DNA of 64,000 nucleotides from Enoplolaimus lenunculus. Taxonomy: Eukaryota. Location of the stretch: contig JASANG010003984.1 in the NCBI GenBank assembly GCA_030248215.1, forward strand, positions 558,001 to 622,000, read 5' to 3'. Below are positions 40,137 to 53,238 of this stretch, piece after piece (position 1 is the stretch's first letter; every line of letters starts with the position of its first letter). A program made the position numbers and the translations under genes. The notes below the pieces were generated by a model. It saw only the letters and a program-made list of their open reading frames with translations, made no database searches and was not told the origin of the DNA.

Positions 40137-41454
40137 AAATAGTTTCGCGATCGGATTGGTGAAAAATGTTATATTTTTAGATTTAATACATTTGATGCAA
40201 AAATTTTAGTTCTGAGATAGTTTCGTTTTTTTCGGTTTATCATTGCTTCCTGGTTGCGCCGATGGGGCGGGTTTCTAAAGTAAATGTTTTCCACCCGACG
40301 GTTTGAGGTTCGAATCTTAGCTTGAAATTAAACGTCAGTTGAAATGAAAAAACACTCATCGGGAAAAAGGTTACGTTTAACATTTAAATCGACCTTTGCG
40401 TTTGCAAAATGTTTAACTTTCAATCTCGGATTGGATTTGCTAACAACTGTTTCTAATGTCGGTAATTATATCCGGTACCATGTCCAACTCGCTTCCAAAC
40501 CTCAAGGTTTGAATTGATTTATTGCTAATTTTTATTCAAACAGCCGTGATTCGCACGAAACCTTCTAGTGTTTCTGCCCAGAGAGTCCCGTTACGAGGCA
40601 AGGCGCTCTGTTGTCCCTTTGAAAAATTGCACCCACGAAACGTTTTCGCTCCGCTTGTAACTTATTCAAATATCCCACTTGCTTCGCCTGATATGTTGCT
40701 GCCTCACCCCTTGTGCCGTGTAAGGCTGACTACAACTACAGAACCCCCAGTAAACCGTGCATTTGGGTTGTTTTGACGTAAGACTTTCACTCTGGTAGCA
40801 ATTTGGCCAAATTCGCTAGTCAGTTATCTAAAACAATTAGGCTTTACTTGTAAGCGATTTAGATAAATTAAAGCTGGCCAAGAAAGAGCCTTGTGCGACA
40901 GCATAAACCCTGTTGCGTATTTATCTATAAATTTAACTGTAAGGTAAATGCTTGAGCGGTTTTAAGATAACTACAGACAGGAGTGTACGAAATTAATAGT
41001 AGAAGACTCGAGTGAGTTAGTAATACGTTAACCTAAGCATATTGAAAGTTAATGGCAATTGATGACTGTATTTTCTTAAAAAAGACTTAGCTAATATTTT
41101 TTAAATTTTATATTTTTTTTGAAATGTTTTTTTAAATATAGACTGTATTGTTGTAGGTACTCGCTAAACGCTTAAACTAACTTGATTTCAACATAAGGTA
41201 ATCCAGCTGTATTAAAACAACTTTCTAGAGTAACTAAACTAAAAAGTAGGTTTAGGCTTAAACTCATTTAAAATCTTACATATTTTCAGTTTAAGCTTAA
41301 CTTACTGACGAACTCTTAGATACGCATAATTTCAAGGCTGTATTTGTAACTTAAACTAAAAATAAGTTAACTTAAACTCGTATTAATTTTCCAAATGTTT
41401 TTCTCTAAAGAAACGCATTTTGGATTGTACGTAGCAGATATCGTCAGTTTATTA

Positions 41455-41855
41455 CTGTAGTGACCCGAATAAGAGTGGGGGACTGATATTTATTTGGCCT
41501 CTCCAGAGAGTACCCCCTTGTTATCCGGTTACGGACTGTTATTTATTTCTTTACATGCCCTCTACCGCCCTTTGTTGCTGATATTTAATTCGGTATTGCA
41601 ATTATCCGCTGAATTAAACGTTGATTTGTCTAGAATCAAAAGCTTGAGCTATAATGTAACGTTGTACTTAGGAATGCACTTTCAAAACTTAAGTATGCTT
41701 TAAAGTTTCGAACTGAACTTTATTTGGTCCCGGAGTCATTTATACACTACAATTGGGATAATTGACATTTATGGACTCTAATTAGAGTTTAAAAACTCTA
41801 TCCGCTTCCGGACGCTTACTAAGGATACGGACTCTTATTGACTGGCACTCAAAAT
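41455..41855. mobile_element. MITE family D, right end lost
   Basis: Colinear with 39230-39630. Confidence 0.85.
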
Positions 41856-42752
41856 GAAAAGGTTAAGCTTATTCTATTACTGTCCCGCAGAAAAACGTTC
41901 ACTCCTGATCTTTACATGTGGCAAGTTGTAAAACAACCGAATTGCAGTTTATGCAGGTTTACAAACGTACTAAAATGTAGCGCATTCCGGTATGGCCCGT
42001 AGCGACGGAGGGGTTACGCATAAGGGGCTCAACCGCAAGAGAAAACCCCCTAGAAAATTTACAACGTTGCTTGTAAGTCAACGGAAACAATTGTATGCCA
42101 CTCCTGAAAATTTTTTAACCCCTCAGCACGGATGACCTGGCATGGGCCTGAAACCGGTCGTTTGACTATCTCCATTTGTTCGGTTCAAACTTAGTTACCA
42201 GCAACTTGCGACTACCGTTGCACAAATGCAACAATATAAGGAATAAGCCTAACCCTAAACGCTACAGCAACATGTGGCGTTAACTGCCCCAGCTTAAAAT
42301 TTTTTTCAGAATGGAAATATAGTACTAAGGTTAAAGTTTAGACAAACCGTTGATTTGTGCTAAACGTACCAACCTAAAACTGACCCTAAAAGTAATCTTT
42401 TAGTTTTTCTTTCTTAGCTGAATAAATGTCACACTGCGTGGGTCGTAATTATTTAAAGTCCAGGGTTGCGCTATACTAGCCGCAGGGTGCCGTGTGTCAT
42501 AAATAAAACTAAATTTCTGATATACCGCGCGGCGAGTATAGCGCAGCCCTAACATAGGCCGAGGCAGGTAGTCGCAAACGCCTATAGCAATTATTGCCAG
42601 TTAGTGATAAGTCTGGTAACTTTTTAAGCAATGAATTATGAGCTTCGTAGCTTTAATACAATTTTTGAATGGAGATTACCACATCTTTCACAGTACCATT
42701 TCGCTTGTTTGCGCAACTATTACTAACTGAATATAAATGCTACAGACGTGTA

Positions 42753-42962
42753 CACTACAAAAAATGGTGAGTCAAATTGATTCTCTCCGAAATAGGCTCT
42801 ATGGGACTACACAAACTGAGTCAAATTCGACTCCACCATAGTCAAACATGCGACTCAGTGAATCGAATTTGACTCTGCCGGAGTCGAATTATGACTCAAT
42901 TTGTGTAGTCCCGTAGAGCCTATTTCGGAGAGAGTCCATTTGACTCACCATTTCTTGCTGTG
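42753..42962. mobile_element. MITE family A
   Basis: Full palindrome, TA...TA. Confidence 0.9.
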
Positions 42963-43092
42963 TAAGAAAATCAGCCTCAGAGTCTGTATTCTCAAATCCA
43001 TATAGCCCCTATCACAAGTTAGTAATAGGATTTCAAACTAATCAACTGCTGCCATTGTACATCTCAAAAGTTGCACAGAAATACACTAAATT

Positions 43093-43344
43093 AACTGTAA
43101 ATTGCAGTGAGTTGATTTTAACACAGAGTGAGTTAAATTACTCAGTCTGAGTTAGGACTATCAGAACTCAGATTTGTGAGTTGGTTCAACTCTATCGGAG
43201 TTAACTGATCAACTCACCCGGAATCATATCAACTGAGAGCGAAAATCAGTTCAACTCAGAGTGAGTTAATGCTTATTGTTATTAACTCAGAAATAACTAA
43301 CTCACTAGCTGAGTTGATTATTTAACTCATTGGAATTTACAGTG
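43093..43344. mobile_element. MITE family B nested in a family K element (42986-43452)
   Basis: B termini, enclosed by K TIRs GTATTCTCAAAT...CCTATCAC / ...ACACATTTGAGAATAC. Confidence 0.85.
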
Positions 43345-43576
43345 TTGAATGCAATAAATGTGATTAATTTCACAAATCTCACCATTTCCTAGTTCGAAAG
43401 TTACAACCTTTACCATCAACTGGTACTAGATGCTACACACATTTGAGAATACGGGTCAGGTTTTTTTAGATATTATTTGTCTCTGTCACGTTTAATTCTC
43501 ACAAATGCATATCAATTTTTATCAGTTAGTAATAGATTTTCAAACAAATTTGGCTTCAGTCTTGTAGTTATGATTT

Positions 43577-43772
43577 TAGTTATTAGTGTTTAGGCATTTT
43601 TGACTACCTGGAGCTGACATGAGTGGATATTTCTGACGAGGAGGGCAGGCTACGCAATTTTAGTATACCAACTTAGTTATTAGTGTTTAGGCATTTTTGA
43701 CTACCTGGAGCTGACATCAGTGGATATTTCTGACGAGGAGGGCAGGCTACGCAATTTTAGTATACCAACTTT
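43577..43772. repeat. 96-bp tandem duplication
   Basis: Two near-identical copies starting TTAGTTATTAGTGTTTAGGC. Confidence 0.95.
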
Positions 43773-45217
43773 CCGAGAGGGAACACCTATACCGCAGGGA
43801 CCTTACCATATTATCTCACAAAACATTTTTTGACAAGGGGCGGGCGTACGCCACCCCCCATTTGGATCCGCTGGTTAGTGGCTAATGATCGAGTATAGAC
43901 TTATAAGCCAGTTCAAAATATGTTTGGTAGATTATCATTGGTTATAATGAACGTTTTGCCAGTATGACATTTGGTTATAACCATTTTAAATTTTCAAATT
44001 TAAAAATGAAACATTTGTCAAAAATTCACTCAACCAAAACCTAAATTTTTTTTATTCAACTCATTTTTTTCCCATTTATCTCTCGTCTTTCTACCATAAT
44101 ATTAATAATACAGCAAAGTTCGGTTTACCTCAGCTGCGTTAGTGCATATACCAGATATTAAATCGCCGGTGTAAGGATTTCATTTCGAAAGGGATCATAC
44201 TTGAATCGATCCGAGGGTAAGACAGCAAGCAGGACTGCTGTTACCTTCAGCAATCTACCAGGTTATTCTATGCGATCAATGTTATCTTTTTTTAGATATT
44301 CGTCTTTGATAAATTTCAAGGGTGGTTCCCCCTGTATATTTATGCGTCAGAGTAAAGGTGGTAAGCGTTTTATACCAGAATGTTACCGTTTGAAAGGCGT
44401 TAGAACAAGGAGCAATTATTACCTTTGATTACAGTATAATTATCTTTTCTTTCACGGCGTTCTTATACCGTTTCTCAAGCCTCGCATTGAGACACTCGTT
44501 GTGTCTTGTTATTTGACGGGTTTAAATATAGTGGCCCTACGCCTTCAGCAAAAAAATAACTGTTTTATTCATGGTAGTTGGCTTATGTATATACTTTTGT
44601 CGCGGTTATTTTTCATTGTTCACGTATTGCTGGTTCTTGCATCTTGGTGCATTTTTGCCGAATTATATTTTTTGGTTTAACTGTCAACATTTTTTTATTC
44701 ATCGCTTACAAGATACGTCATGCACAAAGATGTGAATTTTTAGGCAACCTTTTAGTTTTAATAGGCGTAGGCTTAGGTTTAAGCTTAGGCTTAGCCTTAT
44801 GCTTAGGCTTAGGCTTAGGGTTAGGCTTAGGCTTAGGCTTAGACTTAGGCTTTATGCTTGAGAATCACATTTTCGAAAGGCATTATCGCACCAATTATTA
44901 GTAATGTAAACAAACATATCAATGCATTTTCAGAAATATTTCGACAGGAACAATTATTTTATCACAAAAAATATGCAGAATTTCACAAAATTTGATTCAT
45001 TGGTTCATATGTCATAAAGATCTTTTGCCAACTGGTGATTGGTGCTACACCGAAGCGGAAAATATTGGCCAGGTTTGCCGCTTTAGGCACAAGACTGGTT
45101 GTTTCCTTCGACGTTCTGTTTCGAAGAAAACAATGTGAAATTTGAGACAAACGAAAAATTTCGTGTCTTCGTTTTAAGTACTGGGAATGAAATCTGAGTC
45201 AGAATTAATTTTACAAA

Positions 45218-45480
45218 CAAATAAAAATTATAAATTGAGAAATAAATTTAGAAATAAATAATAATTAAAAAATGAGAATAAAATTTAGAAATAAAAATAA
45301 AAATTAAAACCGATAATAAAATTTTGAAACAAATAAAAATTAAAAAATGAGAATAAAATTTAGAAGTAAATAAAAATTAAAAAGGATAATAAAATATTTA
45401 AACAAATAAAAATTAAAAAGTGAGAATAAAATTTAGAAACAAACGTAAATTAAAAATGAGAATAAATTTAAATGAAAATT
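45218..45480. repeat. A-rich minisatellite (~36-38-bp unit)
   Basis: Recurring AAAATTTAGAAA.AAATAAAAATTAAAAA.TGAGAAT. Confidence 0.85.
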
Positions 45481-45733
45481 TCAAGGAAGGCAAAAAAATT
45501 AATTTTGAAAATGATTGTGAAAAAGCGAAAATTCTGGAGACAATAAAATTTAAAAACGAAATTTATAAATTAAGTAATTCTGAAAAAAAATAAAAATATT
45601 TTACAAAATTTGAAAAATTGAAACAAAACATTTAAAGAAATGAATAATTATGCTCAAGATTTTGGCTTCTATTTGTACTTATTTATAATGACAATAGCAA
45701 ATTATGTCGCCATTGGCTTATTTTATCGAATAC

Positions 45734-46055
45734 TTATGCATCGTTCGCAATAAAATATTTCATTTTCCATCCGAAAACATTATAAGGTAGGGTTAACACG
45801 AGATAATTTTCAAAGTTGTCATGAGTTCACCTAACCCTAACGAAAAAATTGCGTTAACCCTATACTAAAGCGTGTTACATGATGCTCTGTGACACGTATT
45901 ATGATACAGCTTTGACATGCGCTACGGTAGGGTTAACGCAATTTTTTTGTTAGGGTTGGGTTAACGCATGACAACTTTGAAAATTAACACGTGTTAACCC
46001 TACCTTATAATGTTTTAGTAGCAAAATGAAATTTATTATTGTGAACGATGCATAA
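45734..46055. repeat. Foldback palindrome with AACCCTA/TAGGGTT motifs
   Basis: ~125-bp imperfect inverted arms, e.g. AAAACATTATAAGGTAGGGTTAACACG / CGTGTTAACCCTACCTTATAATGTTTT. Confidence 0.85.
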
Positions 46056-47938
46056 TATATGTTTTGCCACATACTTAACGGTTTTCAAATAGCCAAACTT
46101 CGACTCCAAAGCTTCACGTATTAAACTTAAACTGAATTTTTTCACATTGAAATGTCGAAATGAATTCACGAATTTGGCCAGTGTATAGAGCATTGCCGTA
46201 ACAGTAGTATAAGCATATTCCTAAGCCTAATGCCTAAACCTTTTGTGTAAAGCTTAAGACTAAGACTGAGCTTATACATAAGCTTAAACCTAAGCAAAAA
46301 ATTAGTATAAACCGTAACCTTCAGTCTATATTGCAGTCCCGCAGATCAACGTTCCGCCCCTGATCGCTACATGTGCCGCTTATTTAAAGCGAAATATTAA
46401 AATTATCGTTGATCGAGTTCAGACAAATTTTCTGATCTGAGACTAAATTTGTGTTCAGCTGAAAATCCTGGCTACGCCCCTGCCGGCCGACCTTTGTTTA
46501 TTGTTTTAAGCACCAATCATATCAAGCATCACTGATTCATAAAAGACTCCAATTGGCTAAAAGTTTGTTTATTTTTTCGAGATGTTTTTTAAGCTGTTAA
46601 CGCTAAGCATTTGACCAATCGCTGGTTTTGTAATTAGTTTCTGGTAGACTCTAAAACGTACAGGTTATCGTACGAGCAGGGGCGAGGCCATAATGTCATT
46701 TCAGAGCAAAATGAACTACTTGTAAAACGTTTTTGGCGAGCTTGCTGGATTGAAATAACACAAAAGCTTGTGCTAAACGTTTTAAGGTGGTATATTTCTG
46801 GGTTTGCCAGAATCTGCCATATAGACACCCCGGACTTATACAAGAGCCAGAAATTGTAAAACGATCTGTTTCGGCTTTATTCATGTAACAGACCTTTATA
46901 TATTTAATATATTATATATCTATATATCTATATATATTATATATATCTGTATGTATATATGTATATATATTGGATGTGTCAATCAGATATTTTTGAGGCT
47001 TCATTGTAAAAACGATGGTTATAATTAGGTTGAGAATCTACAGCTTATTTTCAACAGAACGTGTTCCATAGGTTTAACGTTGCTTTTGGTAGAAATTTTT
47101 TCGAAATATTTTGGAAAATTCGGCAACGAATGTTTTTCAATTTTTAAATTGTAATTTAAATGTTATTTCAAATTTACATTATTTGCTTCGTCTGCTGGCT
47201 TTCGTTGGGCCTTTTGTAAAATTACTTTAAGTTTTGAATTATATTTAAAATTAGACTCGTGGTAGGAACAAGGTTAAAATACCAAATTAAACAGACTTGG
47301 GAATGTGCTTTAAGGCTTGGCTGTGGGTCGCGGGAACGATTTTTTCCAGGGGTGTCAAACAGGAACGCAGCAGCTAAATCCGGTAAATCCCGACATGAAG
47401 TTTCAGTTTTGGATGGTGTTTCGCGGTGTCGTCGACAACTCAATACACTATAAATTTCAGTGAGTTGATTTTAACTGAGAATGAGTTGAATCACTCAGTC
47501 TGAGTTAAGACTATGAGAACTGAAAATTTTGAGTTGATTCAATTCATTCTGAGTTAATTCCTCACCTCACCCAGAGTCAACTCAATTCAGTGTGAGAATC
47601 AACCCCTGACACGCCTATTCGTTGAGGGCCTGGCTTGATTTTACGCAACACCGATGCCACTCTAAAATGTTAGAAGCAACCGAATAGTTCCGATTGAATC
47701 CCTCAACTGAAACTGAACGGTTAACGGATTAGCAAACATTTCTGCTCTTGTACACTTTCCTCATTCACATTAAAACTTAAGCTTAGCCTTAGACATAGGC
47801 TTAGAAAAACAATTTACTTTTGTCTGAGCCTTGTGCCTAAACTTTTTGACCATTTATTCTTAAATGTCTATAGCACCTATCACCAGTTGACGATAAAGCC
47901 AATAGAGAGCTTTAAAATTTCGCACATTTTTTGTACTT

Positions 47939-48190
47939 CACTGCAAATTCCAATGAGTTAAATAATCAACTCAGCTAGTGAGTTAGTTATTTCTGAATTA
48001 ATAACAATAAGCATTAACTCGCTCTGAGTTGAACTGATTTTCACTCTCAGTTAATATGATTCTGGGTGAGTTGATCAGTTAACTCAGATAGAGTTGAATC
48101 AACTTACAAATCTGAGTTCTGATAGTCCTAACTCAGACTGAATAGTTTAACTCACCCTGAGTTAAAATCAACTCACTGCAATTGACAGTA
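47939..48190. mobile_element. MITE family B nested in a family K element (47855-48292)
   Basis: Near reverse complement of 43093-43344. Confidence 0.85.
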
Positions 48191-48925
48191 TGATTGCTCC
48201 TTTTTGTGAACCGAGTTTGACATTTGTTGCTGTTTCAAATTTCTGCAAACCTATTGCGAACTGGTTTAGGTGCTATACACATTTCAGAATGCAAGCCTTA
48301 CCCTAAACCGCTACCTAAGCATAAGCTTTAACATTAAACGGGGGAGGGATACGTTGCTACTTGATTTCCAGTGCAAAGGCATAAAGTTTTTTTTTTCGTA
48401 ATTTTTTCTGAATTTTGAACCTGGCACCTGAAGCAAAATTAAGGTCAAAAAATATAACCCCGTTGGGGTTATGGGCTCATATTTTGGTTTACGATTGTAA
48501 TTTCCTGTCGCAGTTACACAAGACTAATTTGTTTTTTGTTTGCTGTATTTGGCACCTACCGACTATAAAACTTACTGCCCATGTAAAGATCAGGGGCGCA
48601 ACGTTTTTTTCTGTGGGACTGCAATGGAGTAAGCTGTGGTCTTATACTAACGGTTTTGTTTAGGCTTAGGTTTAGGTATAAGCTCATTGTTACGTCTAGG
48701 TTTAGGGTTAGGTGTAGGCATAGGATTAGGATACTCTTATGCTACTGTTACGGCCCTTTTAACTGAGCATTTCGGAAAATTGGTTATTTTTCAAGTTTTA
48801 TATAAGTTTGAGTTAAATTTTGTTTAGGCGGCGTAAAGGATTTGAAATATTGGTCACTAAGACCATACGGGCGTAGTAAAATTACATTTCGGGACCCAAA
48901 CTTCACCGATTGGCTTTGATTCCTA

Positions 48926-49387
48926 CACTGTAAATTGCTGTGAATTGGTTAATCAACTTAGAGAACGAGTTAGTCATCTGTGATAATGTCTGAATTAACA
49001 TGGTCAGAACTGCACGGTCGGGACGACCCCTTTCCCCGAAAGATATGGCCACGCCGGTAATCGAACCTTGGACCTCTCGCTCGCGAGTCAAGCGCGCTAC
49101 CCATTACACCACGCGGCCATTATCATAATTGCCTTTGGTGGTATATGTGCGCGAATATGTATGTCTTTTTAACATTACACATTCTGCACATACACAATCT
49201 ACATATACCCACAAACATCTGTAATCATTAACTGTTTTTGAGCTAATTTAATTCCGGATGAGTTGATTAATTATTAACTCACAATAAGTTCAATCAATTC
49301 AGAATTCTGAGTATTGAAAGACGTAATTTCGGCACACTGATTCAACTCACTCTGGTTTAAAATCAATTCACTGGAATTTAATACAGT
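48926..49387. mobile_element. MITE family B interrupted by a tRNA-derived insertion
   Basis: B left end runs to ~49000 and B sequence resumes at ~49222. Confidence 0.75.
49046..49118 (-). pseudogene. tRNA-Ala(CGC)-like pseudogene or SINE head
   Basis: GGCCGCG/CGTGGCC acceptor stem, A-box TGGTGTAATGG, loop CT-CGC-GA, B-box GGTTCGATT; the T-stem has 3 mispairs. Confidence 0.65.
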
Positions 49388-49696
49388 TTATTCACAAAAA
49401 ATGTTTTAAAATGCGTGCATAATAATATTGCCAGCATTAAATCTGAAAAGTTTTTTCATGAAATTCAAAGTCATCCTTTTCTAAAAATAACCAATAAGAT
49501 GTGTTTTATTGTGTGCCACACTGATTTCAACTTCAATTTTATAGATTTTTCTGAAAAATTATTGTCGATAGCAGAAACATTTTTCAAGCGAACCTTGCAG
49601 GTCAAATCTTTGAAATGGTAGAAAACTAAACTTTATATACATAGTTATATAATAAGTATATATATACAAATATATATACTTATTATATATAATATA

Positions 49697-49948
49697 CGCT
49701 GTAAATTTCAGTGAGTTGATTTTAACTCAGAATGAGTTGAATCACTCAGTCTGAGTTAGGACTTTCAGAACTCAGAAATTTGAGTTGATTCAATACATTC
49801 TCAGTTAATTAATCAACTCACCCAGCGTCAACTCAACTCAGAGTGGGAATTAACTCAACTCAGAGTGAGTTAATGTTTACTGATATTAATTCAGAAATAA
49901 CCAACTCGCTAGCTGAATTGATTAATCAACTCATTGAAATTTACAGTG
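49697..49948. mobile_element. MITE family B
   Basis: Full length, TA...TA, inside a TA-rich tract. Confidence 0.9.
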
Positions 49949-50050
49949 TAGATAATGTATAAAATATATTATATAGGTGTTGTATATCAATATATAATTA
50001 TACATACATATATAATATATTATATATTAAGTAAGTAATCTATATATAAA

Positions 50051-50831
50051 TATAGGGCATTTGTAAAGCAATTCTGACTTTTCTTGTTTTCGCTGCAAAC
50101 TTAGTAACATTCTGTATCGACCGAAACTCATTGCAAGTTGTATTTCAACTCAACATTTCTCCAGGTTTTTACTGTTTCAAAAACAGCAATCACAGCTTCG
50201 TTGAGTAGGCTTTTCAACATTTTTTTCATATTTTCACTGAAATCTTTTCTAATTTTGTTATTTTTAAAAGGGTTTAAAAAACGTATTTTGTGTCTTTGCG
50301 AAATTTGTTGGAAATCGCCTCATTTGCCGAGTATTGTTGTTTTAAGCGTTAAAATTTAACAATTTTTTGTTGAAAATTATTCAATATTTTTATATTCGAT
50401 GTAGTAAGCAAGTGAAAGCAAGCATATACTCCAGTGTCGGCGGAAGCGCCCCCAATTCCCCAATGGAAGGAGCGACCATTGAGGGTCACATAGACTAAAA
50501 ACATTTTTCACGAACCACGAAGTTATAGAGTTGTAAAACATTTAGTTGGACCCTCTGGGACCTGTTTGAGGGCCGATTATCCTAACGCCGGCCCTGCGTA
50601 CACTATTAATAAATGAAAGTTTCACAAACGTATCGCCATAGAATTCGACTCCACCAGGGTTAAATTTGACTCAGTGAGTCGCACGTTTCACACTGGCAGA
50701 GTCGAATTTGACTCAGATTGTGTAGTCTTGTATAGCGTATTTCCGAGAGTCAGTTTGAATCACCATTTTTGCACTGTAAGCATGAGTCTATTTGTAAAGC
50801 CTTATCATAATCTTAAAAGCCTAAACGTCTG
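50051..50831. repeat. Inverted copy of 23066-23888
   Basis: Direct reverse-complement comparison. Confidence 0.9.
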
Positions 50832-50930
50832 AAAATTTGATTGAATGTTCTCGCTTGCTAACAATCGCTAAAAGTAACCTTAATCGTGTTCTAAATGCAA
50901 CTTTCCCAAACGTATCACCAGGGAACTTAA

Positions 50931-51121
50931 CCCCTTCTCACATTGAGTTGCCTATAGGCAACTCAACGCAGTGTATATACGTTAAATAGTATATATCGCA
51001 CCGTGTTTAACAATTGCAAAACGTATACATAGTACTAAATCACCAGCACTGGAGCCCCCCTTCGAATCCTAGCATAAAAGTAGGTCTCAGGGGAAATAGA
51101 AAATATTCATGTGAGAAACGG
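50931..51121. mobile_element. piggyBac-like MITE (copy 2)
   Basis: TTAA on both sides (50927-30, 51122-25); TIR CCCCTTCTCACAT / ATGTGAGAAACGG. Confidence 0.75.
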
Positions 51122-51348
51122 TTAATATTTCCCGTACTCTTATCATCGGCAGATCACCATTTCCGTTAATAATCTCCCGCATTAAGGGATACAACTTGAC
51201 CAATGTTAGCTTAAGCTGTACAGTCTCAGAGTATTTTCAAATGTGCATAGCACCTATCACCCGGCGGCAACATTCTTTTGATTAAAAATTGTGGTACGTC
51301 TCATTTGTTTCATAATTAAGGACAGCCGCAACAAACACGTTTATAAGC

Positions 51349-51625
51349 AAATCAAAATCGATATAGCTTACAGCCCCAGTGGTCAAATGTAGGCCTAAAT
51401 CTTTGATACATTCCGTATCGGTAAAATTTGACCATTCTCAAAATATTTTACCCTCAAACACTCGATACAGCTGACCTTTTATGAAACAAATTAAAATCGA
51501 TAAAGCTTACAGCCCCAGTGGTCACAAACGTAGGCCTGAAAACTTTGATACATTCCGTATCGGTAAAATTTGACCATTCTCAAAATATTTTACCCTCAAA
51601 GATTCGATCAATATAGCTGACCTTT
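51349..51625. repeat. ~139-bp tandem duplication
   Basis: Two copies of ...AGCTTACAGCCCCAGTGGTCA...TTTACCCTCAAA. Confidence 0.9.
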
Positions 51626-53072
51626 TTACCTTTTACCCGCAAGAAGGGAGACAAACAACCTACGGACAATTTAAAACTGATTTAAATTGGTGGTCATTAA
51701 TACCTTAGCGTCTAGCCGAATGACGGCTTCGAAATTTTTATGCTTGCTCTGTGTTTACGAGGTCAGCTTGCTTGTTGACAAAATTCCAAACAATTAAAAT
51801 ATTTTAGGAAAATCAAACAGTTTTTTCAAACATTTTATTTTAATTTCGTAGCCATTTTAAATCTTTCAGACTGTTTTCATAATGAGGCGATTAAACAGAA
51901 AATATTTTCGAAGAAAAGTTTCAATTTGCGAATATAGAAATTCGTATTTGAAACGCGTTTTTGTATGTATCAGAGTAATTTCGGCTCACAAATTTGAAAT
52001 TAAAACTTAAAATAGCAGCTGTATACAAAACCAATCCAACATTTTGCCAATGTTATTCATGGCCGATAACAGGGCCAGAACAGTAATATAAACGTATTTA
52101 AGCCTAAGCTTACGCCTAAGCCTAAGTTTAAGCGTAAAGATGCGCCTATTTTTAAGCCTAAGCAAAAAAGTTCAGTTTAAAGCTTAAACTGACTCTATTA
52201 CAGTCCTGCAGAAAAGTGTTCTGATCCTGTTCTATACATGAGCCAATTTTCTTATACCTTAAGGTTAATAGTCTATAACAAGATTAAAGTCAATTTAATA
52301 ATTTTTATTTCAGCTACATTTCAGTGGCTGTGTAGATTAATTTATTCTGATGTGAAATCTGTAATTTAACCAAATATTCCACGATTTCTCTTGTCCGGTC
52401 TATGATATTCCATTAATTATCTGCGTTAAGTGTTGCTGCTGTCCACCAAGTTTGAGTAGCTGTTAAATAATTCAGACCCGTTTCGAGGGTGGAAAAGCGA
52501 TCTATTTGGCACATTTTGATTGATTAGGTTTCGGACAAATCACACAAACCAAATGCCCAATAACGCTTTGTAGTCAGAGGGGGCCCACGGGTGACTTAGC
52601 TATTCTTAAAAATTCTGAGAAATTCTCCTGGTTCTGTTTTTTTCAAAAATTGTTGATGTATTCGCAAATTATGCTATGTTTTCCCGATTAGGATGCCCAA
52701 TCTTAAAGTTTTTGACCGAATATAGCCTGTTGAGCTTGTTATGCAACTGTTATAAATTCAGAATGGTAACATTTGACCTCATGTTTTGCTTCGTTTTTGA
52801 CCATATTACAGGGCCCATAGGCAAGGCAGGCCAGGCGGGTTCCGTCCACCCCTGAAAAAATTTGACATCCCTAGAAAATTTTTAACCTTGCTTGTAAGTC
52901 ATTGACAAACTTTATATGCCACTGCTGAAATATTTTTAGCTTTGTAGCAAGGTGAGCTGGCTAAGGAATTGCCATATTAGCCAAGTATTCGGTGAAATAT
53001 TTTTAGGAAATTAACGGTAGTTATATAATGTTGGGATTTTAGCTGGAGAAATTATAAACTTCCTTAAAGAAA

Positions 53073-53238
53073 CGTGCCCGTAGCCGAGGAGAGGCCAGGG
53101 AGGGCTCAGCCCTTACCGTGAAAAAATTTTGCCCCCTAGGAGATTTTAAACCTTACTTGTAAGGCGTTGAAAACTCTTAAATGCCCCTCCTGAAAATTTT
53201 TAGCCCCCCCCCAGCAAGGCGAGCGGGCTACGGGCCTG
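53073..53238. mobile_element. MITE family F
   Basis: Flanks taaagaaa/caaagaga. Confidence 0.8.

Noticed and set aside
44578..44901. GL-repeat membrane protein ORF
   Set aside because: The GL repeat is translated TTAGGC.
49046..49118. Functional tRNA-Ala gene
   Set aside because: Three of five T-stem pairs are broken and no poly-T terminator follows.
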